Origin: an uncultured bacterium
Lineage (GTDB): Bacteria; Verrucomicrobiota; Kiritimatiellia; CAIKKV01; CAITUY01
Direction: 5' to 3'
NCBI GenBank assembly: GCA_903895695.1
Contig: CAITUY010000109.1
Location: forward strand, 1-40,910
DNA length: 40,910 bases
In this document: one piece after another, positions 7,763 to 16,511 of the stretch
How the letters are laid out: each line of letters opens with the position of its first letter
Numbering within the stretch: position 1 is the stretch's first letter
Translations under genes and position numbers: made by a program
Notes under the pieces: model-generated
Database searches by the model: none
The model's input: the letters and a program-made list of their open reading frames with translations, nothing else
What the model was told of the DNA's origin: nothing

Positions 7763-9331
7763 TCAGGCCTTGGGCTTGGCGTCGGGCTGGGCCGGCGCCT
7801 TGGATTCGGCGGATACCCTGCCCAGGAACTGGGGCAGGTCGAGCCCGACTTGCTTGGCCAGTTCGTGCATGGGTGGGAGGGCGCCCATGATTTTCTTGCC
7901 GAGGTTGCTGAGGCCGCCGCCTTCGGAGCCGCCGCCGTCCCACACGATGATCTTCTCGATCGGCAGGTCCTGGATGGCCTTGGCCTGGATGTTCGCGATC
8001 TCGGTCAGTTTCTCGATGATAAGCAGCGCCGTGGCCACCTGCGGATCGCCGGCCGCCTGGACCAGGTTGCGATAGCCCGTCGCCTTGCCGTCGAGCACGG
8101 CCTGGGTGCCCTGACCCTCGGCGGTCATCTTCGCCAACGTGGCGGCGGCCGCGCCGTTGGCCAGCAGGACGGCCTGCTCGCGCTGGGCGTCGGCGGCGAT
8201 GACAACGCGCTTCTTCTCCGCCTCGGCCGGCACGACGATCTCGGCGTTAAGGCGCGACTGTTCGCGCAGCGCACGGGCATCTTCAGCCAGTTTCTGGGCG
8301 ATTTCCTTGGCCACGCGGATGGCGCCATCGGCCTGCTGGGCTGCGGTTTCGCCCTTGTTGCGGGCCTCTTCCTCGGCGACCTTCTGGTTGGCGTGGTAAC
8401 TGGCCTTGGAGGCGTTGGCGTTGGTTTCCGACTGTACGGCGTCGGCATCCAGCTTGGCGACCTGCTGACGCTTGGACTTGTCGGCCGTGGCTTCACCCAC
8501 CTGGGCATCGGCCATGGCGGCAGCGACAAGCTGGCGTTTTTTCTTCTGGGCATCGGCTTCGCCGATTTCGGCGTCGGCGGTGGCGGCGGCCACGGCGACA
8601 CGCTGGTCGCGCTGGCGCTCGGCCACGCCCGTCTGGCCCCGCTTCTCCTGTTCGGCCACGTCGACGTTGGCCTGGTAGATCGCTTCGGCCGCGGCTTTCC
8701 GGCCGATGGCCTTGATGTAACCGGACTCATCTTCAATGTCGCGGATGTTGACGTTGATGAGGGCCAGGCCGATTTTCTCGAGCTCGACGGCCACCGCCTC
8801 GTTAACCTTGGACATGAATACTTGGCGGTCGCGGTTGATATCCTCGATTTTCATCGTCGCCAGCACGGCGCGCATCTGGCCGATGATGATGTCCTGCGCG
8901 ATGGCCTGGATCTGCTGCGTGGTCAGGCCGAGCAGGCGGATGGCCGCGTTTTCGGTGATGCCCGGCTGGTTGGAAACGGCTGCGGTGACGGTCGTCGGCA
9001 CGGTGACGCGGATGTTTTCCTGCGACAGGGCGTTGGAGAGGTCAATCGGAACCACGAACGGTTCCAGATCCAGGTAATCGTAGGCCTGGACCAGGGGCAG
9101 GACGAACGCCGCGCCGCCGTGCACGCATTTCGCCGCACCGCTGCGCGTCTTGCCATAGATCACCAGGATCTTGTTGGAGGGGCAACGCTTGTAACGGCGG
9201 ATGAAGGTGACCAGCAGGACCAGCACGATCACCGCCAGCAGGACACCCAGGAATAACGACGCCAGACTGGCATTCGGGACCGCCGGCGTGGCTGTGTATT
9301 GGGCGAGGGTCAAAAACGGGATCGGATTCAT
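7763..9331 (-). CDS. flotillin (SPFH/band-7 family, FloT/YqiK-like)
   Basis: N-terminal TM helix, SPFH domain, and a long Ala/Glu/Gln-rich coiled-coil (EA-repeat) C-terminus. 522 aa. Confidence 0.85.
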   Translation of the reverse strand: MNPIPFLTLAQYTATPAVPNASLASLFLGVLLAVIVLVLLVTFIRRYKRCPSNKILVIYGKTRSGAAKCVHGGAAFVLPLVQAYDYLDLEPFVVPIDLSNALSQENIRVTVPTTVTAAVSNQPGITENAAIRLLGLTTQQIQAIAQDIIIGQMRAVLATMKIEDINRDRQVFMSKVNEAVAVELEKIGLALINVNIRDIEDESGYIKAIGRKAAAEAIYQANVDVAEQEKRGQTGVAERQRDQRVAVAAATADAEIGEADAQKKKRQLVAAAMADAQVGEATADKSKRQQVAKLDADAVQSETNANASKASYHANQKVAEEEARNKGETAAQQADGAIRVAKEIAQKLAEDARALREQSRLNAEIVVPAEAEKKRVVIAADAQREQAVLLANGAAAATLAKMTAEGQGTQAVLDGKATGYRNLVQAAGDPQVATALLIIEKLTEIANIQAKAIQDLPIEKIIVWDGGGSEGGGLSNLGKKIMGALPPMHELAKQVGLDLPQFLGRVSAESKAPAQPDAKPKA

Positions 9332-9358
9332 GGGACGGGCTCCTTCTCGAAACAGTGA

Positions 9359-9961
9359 CTAGGGGATGAGTTCGACTTCAAGACTGTTGGCGCCGGTGAC
9401 CCGGACGATGCGCACCTTCGTGCCGGCTTTCGCCGCGGCGCTATTCGTCAGGCGGGCCTTGAAATGGGTCATGATGCCGCTGCAGAGCAGACGGACCTCG
9501 CCGTCGCCGCCCACCGGGATGTCCAGGTAGACCGTGCCGGTTTGGCCAACGCAGGTGGCGATCTGCATGTCGCCCGTCGCCGCCATTCGGCGGAGCAGAT
9601 GGAACGTGAGCGACACGAGGACCATGGCCGCCAGTCCCCACACCAGCGCGTAGAGCACGGCGCGGCCGGCCGGTATGTGCTGGTTCAGGTAGAGCGCGCC
9701 GCCCCAGGAAAACAGGGTGAAGAATGCAATCACCGACCGGACGCTCAGCAACCGGAACGTGGCCACCGAGTCGGCCGCATCGTGAGTCGTCTGGTGCTCC
9801 CAACTGGGCTCGGCGCTGGAATCGACGTCATGCCCGCCACTCAGCCCGGCAATCGCCGCGATGAGCTGCCACAGGAAGAACACGCTGCATACGGCGGCCG
9901 CCACGTAGAACCATTGGTTCAGCGGCTGCAGTGTGCTCCACCAGGCTGTCATCGTGTCCAT
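9359..9961 (-). CDS. NfeD-like membrane protein (YqiJ/YuaF-type flotillin partner)
   Basis: Start MDTMTAWW with GGAGG RBS. Multiple TM helices then a C-terminal OB-fold-like beta domain (GTKVRIVRVTGANSLEVELIP). Immediately upstream of flotillin on the same strand. Confidence 0.75.
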   Translation of the reverse strand: MDTMTAWWSTLQPLNQWFYVAAAVCSVFFLWQLIAAIAGLSGGHDVDSSAEPSWEHQTTHDAADSVATFRLLSVRSVIAFFTLFSWGGALYLNQHIPAGRAVLYALVWGLAAMVLVSLTFHLLRRMAATGDMQIATCVGQTGTVYLDIPVGGDGEVRLLCSGIMTHFKARLTNSAAAKAGTKVRIVRVTGANSLEVELIP

Positions 9962-10150
9962 GTTGCCTCCTGTGCCCCGGCCCCCCGGGTGATGCACGCA
10001 TTCGGGTAGTGATTATTAGTCCGTTCGCCGGGGTTTGGCGATAGGAATCGCGATGCGGGCGGCTATTGCGCCGCGGTGGGCAATGCGTTAACTTTACGGT
10101 TTCGGACGGTAGTGATCGCGGGATGTGCGGGTAAGGGGGGGGAGATCGCC

Positions 10151-11803
10151 ATGAGCGAAAGCGTTGATGAGATGAGCGGCCTGAAAACGGCGCCGCCGTC
10201 TGAGCCCTCGCCCGGGGTTGCCGTCACGCCGGGCGATGAAGCGCAAGCGGATTCGCATGCGGCCTTCGTCAACCTCCTAGGCCGGGTCGTCGGCAACTGC
10301 CGGCTCTATGGGTTGCACCATCCCCTGACGATCGGGGCCATGGAAGAGGCCTATGCCCTGCTGGTGGAAAATATGCCGACCCTTAGCGAGGTGCACCTGG
10401 CCTTCGCGGAAGGCGCCTTGATTGTGAACGGCGCCACGTTCGAAGGCAGCGGGCCGCATGTCGTTGCCCTGGCCAAGGTGCTGCAGGAACAGGGCGTTGC
10501 GAGCCTGCGGCTTTTGCCGGGCCTCACTCCGGACGAGTTCATCAAGGTCGTCGGACTGCTGACCGCCAGCCCCAAGGATGTCGCGGAGAAGCCGTTTGCC
10601 GAACGGCTGACCGCCGCGGGATTGGAACATGTCGGCAGCCGGACCGCGACTTACGTCCACGTGTATGACGACCAGGTCGTCGTCGGGAAGAAAGAGCTCG
10701 AAACCTTGGCCAAGGGGCCGGGCGTCGAGCAGATTCTGGCTTTCTTGAAAGGTGATACGACGCCCGGGCCGCAGGCGGCTTTCCCGAGCGTGCAGGCCGC
10801 GGCCAACGATACGAAGACGCTTGCCGACCTGATCATGCGCGCCACGGAAGACCGGGTCGGGCCTGAGGGCTCGGGTGGCGGCGAGTCGTTGGGCGACCTG
10901 ATGGTGGCGTGCCTGCGCCGGACGTTCGACGGCCTGCACAAGGACCCGGCCGTCAAGACGGTCAAGGGCAAGAAGAAGTTATCCAAGACGCTCGTCGTTC
11001 TTGAGGCGACGCTGCTTCAGAAACTGCGCGACATGGCCGGGCCGGATGCGGCCGCCGTGGCCGAGCGGATCACCACGTCCATGGAGGAGATGCGCGACGA
11101 GGTCGACATGAGCACGCTCGTGGCCGAATACGGGCGGCGCAAGAAGGCGGCCGAAGCGAGCGAGAAGCGGATCGTGCGGCTCATGGAGGCGGTGGGACCC
11201 GAGGGGATCGCGGAGGCCGAACTGTCGGATAAGATGGCGAAAGCCGGCGTCACCCCGGAGGGCTGGCAGACGCTGGTGGCCAAGAGCGCGAAGGTCGAAC
11301 AACCGGCGGTCCAAGGGGACGATGAGGAGTTCGGCACCGAACTCCGGATGCTCAGCACGATGCTCACGGAGCTTTCCAAGGCCATGGAGGCCGCCACCAA
11401 CGTCGACGAAGGCAATGCGGCCACGGCCGGCTTCCGGCATCTGCTGGAAAAGGCGAACGTCGAGATGCTGGCGGCGTCCGGGCGGGCCGAGCTTGCGCTC
11501 GACACGGGGCTCGCCCCGCGGCGCGGCGCGGCCAAAGAGGCGGACACGAATCCCGATCGCCGCCAGCTCCTGGCCCTGCTGGCCTCGGTGATGCAGGAAT
11601 TGCGTCAGCCCCTGTCCGTGATGGCCTGTTGCCTGGACATGCTCGTGACCCGCCGGCTGGGCGAAGTCACCGCGAACCAGGAGCAGACCCTCAAACTTGC
11701 CGTGACCAGCCTGGATCGCGTGACCTCCGTGGTCGGCAAACTGGGCAAGCTGGCCAAGGTCCCCGCGGAGGCGGGCCGGGCAATTGAAGGGAGCATCACA
11801 TGA
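10151..11803 (+). CDS. hypothetical protein with C-terminal His-less HisKA/DHp-like helix
   Basis: Start MSESVDEM (G-rich RBS). C-terminal ...LLASVMQELRQPLSVMACCLDMLV resembles a DHp H-box (hELRTPL) but has Q in place of the phosphoacceptor His. No ATPase domain is present. Confidence 0.5.
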   Translation: MSESVDEMSGLKTAPPSEPSPGVAVTPGDEAQADSHAAFVNLLGRVVGNCRLYGLHHPLTIGAMEEAYALLVENMPTLSEVHLAFAEGALIVNGATFEGSGPHVVALAKVLQEQGVASLRLLPGLTPDEFIKVVGLLTASPKDVAEKPFAERLTAAGLEHVGSRTATYVHVYDDQVVVGKKELETLAKGPGVEQILAFLKGDTTPGPQAAFPSVQAAANDTKTLADLIMRATEDRVGPEGSGGGESLGDLMVACLRRTFDGLHKDPAVKTVKGKKKLSKTLVVLEATLLQKLRDMAGPDAAAVAERITTSMEEMRDEVDMSTLVAEYGRRKKAAEASEKRIVRLMEAVGPEGIAEAELSDKMAKAGVTPEGWQTLVAKSAKVEQPAVQGDDEEFGTELRMLSTMLTELSKAMEAATNVDEGNAATAGFRHLLEKANVEMLAASGRAELALDTGLAPRRGAAKEADTNPDRRQLLALLASVMQELRQPLSVMACCLDMLVTRRLGEVTANQEQTLKLAVTSLDRVTSVVGKLGKLAKVPAEAGRAIEGSIT

Positions 11804-11879
11804 TCCGGGTGACTCAGAGCTGGGATGACGGCGTGCTGGACGATATCCGCCTGATGGAGATGCACAACATCGACCTGTT

Positions 11880-12584
11880 TCAGCCGCCGGCCACGCCCAC
11901 CCGGTCGCAGTAGCGGCGGATGACGCACTCCGGGCACTTGGGCCCGCGCGGCAGGCACAGCGTCTGGCCGTAGGCCACCAGGTAGCGGTTCCACGTCTTC
12001 CAGTAGCGTTTCGGGAGAACCGCGCGCAGCTTCATTTCCGTTTCCAGCGGGGTCCGCGTGCGCAGCAGGCCCAGGCGGTTGCAGATGCGGTGGACGTGCA
12101 CGTCCACGCAGATGCCGGGTTTGTCGAAGGCCTCGGTCACCACCAGGTTGGCGGTCTTGCGTCCCACGCCGGGCAGGCGGACGAGTTCCTCCACGGTGTC
12201 GGGGATCCGGCCTCCGAACAGGGCATCGGCCGTGTCGGGGAGTTGCTTCAGCATCCGCGCTTTAGTCCGGTAGAAACCGACCGGGTAAATCAGGCGCTCA
12301 AGCTTGGGCAGGGGCAGCCGCCGCAGGTCGGCCAGCGAGGTCACTTGTTTGAACAGGCGCTCGGAGACCAGCGTGGTCGTCTGGTCCTTGGTGCGGGCGC
12401 TGAGAATGGTGGCGACCAGGACCCGGAACGGATCGAACGTGCGAACGTCCATGAAATCCGCCACGGGCGTATGGCGGCTTTCGAAGTACGCCCGCAAGGC
12501 CCTGTGAACGGGCACGACATCGGCGATCTGCATCGGGATAAGATAGGCGGAAACGCGCCCGCCGTCGACCGTCATGTCGGGCAT
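11880..12584 (-). CDS. nth: endonuclease III (DNA glycosylase/AP lyase)
   Basis: HhH-GPD: LVRLPGVGRKTANLVV. [4Fe-4S] cluster: CLPRGPKCPECVIRRYC. Start is ambiguous: the ORF extends to about 12611 (TTG), with internal Met candidates at 12584, 12575 and 12533. Comparison with E. coli Nth (211 aa) favours one of the later Met codons. Confidence 0.85.
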   Translation of the reverse strand: MPDMTVDGGRVSAYLIPMQIADVVPVHRALRAYFESRHTPVADFMDVRTFDPFRVLVATILSARTKDQTTTLVSERLFKQVTSLADLRRLPLPKLERLIYPVGFYRTKARMLKQLPDTADALFGGRIPDTVEELVRLPGVGRKTANLVVTEAFDKPGICVDVHVHRICNRLGLLRTRTPLETEMKLRAVLPKRYWKTWNRYLVAYGQTLCLPRGPKCPECVIRRYCDRVGVAGG

Positions 12585-13183
12585 TACACAAAGAACGCCG
12601 TGGCCGGACAAGGTGTCGGCGCATCACGACATCTTGTCGGCTGATACCTGTCGTCTCCACCCGACTGCGGCCTTTTGGCGGCCGAATCGTGGCGAAATGG
12701 GGCCTGCCGATCACTGGTACAGTCTGTGCTAAAGCCTTGGTTGTCACCGAAAGGCGATCCGAGAACCCTCCTGCCACGAGGAGCGGAGCCGCTTCCGGCT
12801 CCGGCCCTTCGACGGCGCTCAGGGCAGACCGGCGCGGGAAGCCGCGCCGCTCCGGGAAGAGGCAGAAAGGTTCTCGGAAGGCTCTAAGAATCTGGAGGTA
12901 TCAGTTCTGGGGCGGTGCGCCACCTGCTGGCCGAGCCGGAGGATCGGTCGGAGCACCGGAGCACCGCCCCGAGTCTTTCCAGGACTCCGGCGCGCCCGGC
13001 TGAGCCCCAACTCCCCCTTGTGCCGGGACAGGAGGAGTCGTGCAGTCTGGATTCACGATGCGCCAAGCTGGATCGAGGTTCGCGCGGTCTTCTTGTGCGG
13101 GGTACGGCAGTATGATACAGGTCGCGGCCTACGGAAACGGCGTGGTGGCGTTTCCGGCCTGGGCACGGCACTTTGGAGCGACC

Positions 13184-15439
13184 ATGAACGAGAAAACGGA
13201 CACCAAGCATCTGAACCTGACGGCCCCGATCGATCGGTGGGATGAGGCGATTCCGCTGGGCAACGGTTTGTCGGGCGGACTGCTCTGGGGCGAGGGGCGC
13301 ACGGTGCGCCTGTCGCTCGACCGCGGCGACCTCTGGGATGAACGCGCCTCGCCGATCATTGGCGGCCTGGACTGGAACTGGGCGACGCTCCGTCGTCTGG
13401 TACGGGAGCGTAAGGGCGAAGAGATCTCGCGTACTTACGATACACCCTATGCGGAAGCGTACCCGACTAAACTGCCCGGGGGGCGCATCGAACTGGATCT
13501 GCCCAACGGACTGGCCTGCGCGGGCTTCGACCTCGATCTGAACACGGCCGTCGGCTCTGTGACGTTGGGGACAACCGGTCGGCTGGACGTGTTCTTCTGC
13601 GCAACCGAACCGGTGGCTCTGCTCCGGGCGACGGGGTGTGTGCCGAAGGTGCGACTGGTGGCGCCGGGCTTCGGGCAGGGCGGCAGCACTGGCGACAAGA
13701 CGGATGTGAGCCAGGGTTCGCTCAGTCGGTTGGGGTATCCGCCGCCGCAAGTCGGCGGTGAAGGGGATGCCGTCTATTTCCGCCAGGAGTGCGCGCAGGG
13801 GTTTGCCTATGCGGTGTCGGCCCAGTGGCGGGCGACAGCCACGGGCTGGGAAATGGCGATCGCCATGACCACCAACCAGGGCGGAACCGATCCTGTCCGC
13901 CAGGGGCTGGAGCGGGTGTCCAACGCGCTGGCGCGGGGATTTGATGCCCTGCTGGCATCTCACGTGGGTTGGTGGCGAGACTTCTGGGCACGGTCGTCCG
14001 TGCGGTTGCCCGATGCGGATCTCGAACGCCATTACCGGCTGGTGCAGTACTTCTACGGAGCGGCCTCGCGGCGCGGCGCCCCGCCGATGCCGTTGCAGGG
14101 AGTGTGGACGGCGGACGAAGGCACGCTGCCGCCTTGGAAGGGCGACTACCACAACGACCTGAACACGCAGTTGACCTATTGGGCCTATCCCGCCGCCGGT
14201 CACCTCGAAGAAGGCCTGGCGTTCCTCGACTTCATGTGGTCGCTGCTTCCCCGCCACCGTCAGTTTGCGCGCGACTACTTTGGCGTCAAAGCCGGGGCGG
14301 CCGTGCCCGGGGTTATGTCGCTGGCAGGCCGCGAAATGGGTGGGTGGGTCCAGTATTCCCTGTCCCCTACCAGTGGTGCATGGATCGCCCAGCAGTTCTA
14401 CCTGCATTGGCGGTATTCCATGGACCGCCAGTTTCTGGCGGAAAGGGCCTACCCGTACATGCTGGCCATGGCGGAATTCCTGGCGGAGATGCTGGAGCCG
14501 GATGCGCAGGGCAAGTTGAAACTAGCCTTGTCCAGTTCGCCGGAACTCCACGAGAACAGCCTGGAAGCCTTTGTGCAGCCGAACTCGAATTATGACCTGG
14601 CCTTGTTGCGCTGGCTTTTTGCGGCCGTGGCGGAATCGGCCGCTGAGCTGGGCGAGGCCGCGGCGGCGATCTTCTGGCGGCAGAAGCTGTCGCAGTTGGA
14701 CGATCTGCAGGTTGTCGAGAAGCCGTTGGATTTTGCAATGCTGAGCGCCGACGTCAATTCCGCCCTGCTGGTGGCGCCGGGCGAGTCCCTGCGCGAATCG
14801 CACCGTCATTTTTCGACAGCCATGGCCATCTATCCGCTGGGGTTGCTGCATGTCGAAGGCTCCGAGAGCGAGCGGCGCATCGTGGCGCACACGCTCAACC
14901 AACTGGAGATGCTGGGCACGCAGTGGTGGGTCGGGTTCAGTTTCTCGTGGATGGCCTGTATGCAGGCGCGGTGCGGGCGGGGGAACGCGGCGATCGACTA
15001 TCTGCAGCGCTATCTGAACGGATTTGTTTCGCGTAACGGGTTCAACCTGAACGGCGATTTCAAGAATCAGGGTTACTCCAGCTTCAAATACCGGCCTTTC
15101 ACGCTCGAGGCCAATTTCGCCGCCGCGCAGGCGGTGCACGAGATGCTGCTGCAGGGCTGGGGCGGGAAGCTGCGGGTGTTTCCGGCGGTGCCGGATGGGT
15201 GGGCCGACGTCGAGTTCGATGAACTACGGGCCGAAGGCGCGTTCCGCGTCAGCGCCCGGCGCAAGCAAGGACGCACGGTCTTCGTCCGCCTTGTTGCCGA
15301 ACGCGATGCGCTCGTTAAGCTGCAAGATCCTTTTGGAGGCCAGTCTGTAAAGTGGTCGGTGAACGGCCTACGTCGCGAGGGCGACCTGTATGTGGGCAAG
15401 CTGCGCGCCGGGCAGGTTGTCGAGGCGACGGCCGGGTAG
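13184..15439 (+). CDS. glycoside hydrolase family 95-like protein (alpha-L-fucosidase-type)
   Basis: GH95 N-terminal signature W(D/E)EA(I/L)P(L/I)GNG and motifs LQGVWTADEG, GDYHNDLNTQLTYWAYPAAGHLEE. Start taken at MNEKTDTK (GGAG RBS). An upstream GTG at 13040 is an alternative. Confidence 0.7.
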   Translation: MNEKTDTKHLNLTAPIDRWDEAIPLGNGLSGGLLWGEGRTVRLSLDRGDLWDERASPIIGGLDWNWATLRRLVRERKGEEISRTYDTPYAEAYPTKLPGGRIELDLPNGLACAGFDLDLNTAVGSVTLGTTGRLDVFFCATEPVALLRATGCVPKVRLVAPGFGQGGSTGDKTDVSQGSLSRLGYPPPQVGGEGDAVYFRQECAQGFAYAVSAQWRATATGWEMAIAMTTNQGGTDPVRQGLERVSNALARGFDALLASHVGWWRDFWARSSVRLPDADLERHYRLVQYFYGAASRRGAPPMPLQGVWTADEGTLPPWKGDYHNDLNTQLTYWAYPAAGHLEEGLAFLDFMWSLLPRHRQFARDYFGVKAGAAVPGVMSLAGREMGGWVQYSLSPTSGAWIAQQFYLHWRYSMDRQFLAERAYPYMLAMAEFLAEMLEPDAQGKLKLALSSSPELHENSLEAFVQPNSNYDLALLRWLFAAVAESAAELGEAAAAIFWRQKLSQLDDLQVVEKPLDFAMLSADVNSALLVAPGESLRESHRHFSTAMAIYPLGLLHVEGSESERRIVAHTLNQLEMLGTQWWVGFSFSWMACMQARCGRGNAAIDYLQRYLNGFVSRNGFNLNGDFKNQGYSSFKYRPFTLEANFAAAQAVHEMLLQGWGGKLRVFPAVPDGWADVEFDELRAEGAFRVSARRKQGRTVFVRLVAERDALVKLQDPFGGQSVKWSVNGLRREGDLYVGKLRAGQVVEATAG

Positions 15440-15447
15440 GATTCTAT

Positions 15448-16506
15448 ATGAACGGTAACTCAACAGCGCTTACACGCGAGGAAGTGCGGTCGGTCGTCGA
15501 GGGCAGAGCCCGGACGCGCCGGGTGCCGATGTGCATCCATTTCTGGGTGCACCCGGACGAGTTCGGCGAGCGCAAGCAGGCGGTGCTCGACCTGCTGGAC
15601 CGGTATCCGTGCGACCTGCAGTGGGGTTCATTCCATATGCCCGCGACCTATCGCGGCGACGATTCGGCCTGGCCTGAGTACGCCTGGCTGCCGTTCGCGA
15701 ATCCCTACAAGGGTCGGCAGGTGGCAATCGATTCCGCCGTCGCCCTGGAGAACTGGGACCGGCTCGACGAGGTCATTGCGAAGTTCCCGCGCGCCGACTT
15801 TCCGGCGCTGCTGAAATGGATGCCGAAGCCCGACGGACGCTACCGCCTGGCGCACTGGTGGTTCTGTCTGTTCGAGCGGCATTGGTCCCTGCGCGGAATG
15901 ACCCAGGCGTTGACGGACTACTACGAGTATCCGGAACAGACGCACCGGCTTTTCCAGGCACTGACCGATTTTTACTGCGGCATCATTGCGCGCTGTGCCA
16001 AGGAGTCGCCCTTTGACGGCCTGCTGACGTCCGACGATCTCGGAACGCAGAGCAGCGGGTTCTTTTCGCCGGCGATCTTCCGCGAGTTTTTCAAACCCTA
16101 TTACCGGCAGATCTTCGACACCTGCCACCGCCACGGCGCCCAGACCTGGATGCACGCGTGCGGCTGCGTGCGGGAGTTCATCCCCGACTGGGTTGAAGTT
16201 GGTCTCGACGTGCTGCATCCCATCCAGAAGCACACGATGGACGAACAGGCCATCGCCCGGGAGTTCGGCGACCGGCTTACCGTCTTCACCGGCCTGGATG
16301 TGCAGCAGGTCATTCCCTGGGGCACGCCCGAGGATGTGCGCGCGGAGGTGCGGCATCTCCTGGACTGCTTCTGGCGCCCGGGCCAGGGGCGCTGCCTGAT
16401 CACCGCCGGCAACGGCATCAACGGCGACTGTACCCTGGCCAGCCTTGAGGCTTTTCTGGACGAGAGTTACCGATACGGCGCCACAACGGCTGCTAAAGGA
16501 ATCTAA
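15448..16506 (+). CDS. uroporphyrinogen decarboxylase (URO-D)-like family protein
   Basis: 353 aa with the TIM-barrel URO-D/MtaA-like fold (ACGCVREFIPDWVEVGLDVLHPIQ). Sits in an operon between GH95-like and GH38-like genes. Confidence 0.7.
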   Translation: MNGNSTALTREEVRSVVEGRARTRRVPMCIHFWVHPDEFGERKQAVLDLLDRYPCDLQWGSFHMPATYRGDDSAWPEYAWLPFANPYKGRQVAIDSAVALENWDRLDEVIAKFPRADFPALLKWMPKPDGRYRLAHWWFCLFERHWSLRGMTQALTDYYEYPEQTHRLFQALTDFYCGIIARCAKESPFDGLLTSDDLGTQSSGFFSPAIFREFFKPYYRQIFDTCHRHGAQTWMHACGCVREFIPDWVEVGLDVLHPIQKHTMDEQAIAREFGDRLTVFTGLDVQQVIPWGTPEDVRAEVRHLLDCFWRPGQGRCLITAGNGINGDCTLASLEAFLDESYRYGATTAAKGI

Positions 16507-16511
16507 CCGAC

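Noticed and set aside
7436-9256. 606-aa plus-strand ORF
   Set aside because: Antisense to the flotillin gene. Gly/Leu/Asp low-complexity. Shadow of the GC-rich coiled-coil coding region.
12884-14407. 507-aa minus-strand ORF
   Set aside because: Antisense to the GH95-like gene, which has clear family motifs. Pro/Arg-rich shadow ORF.
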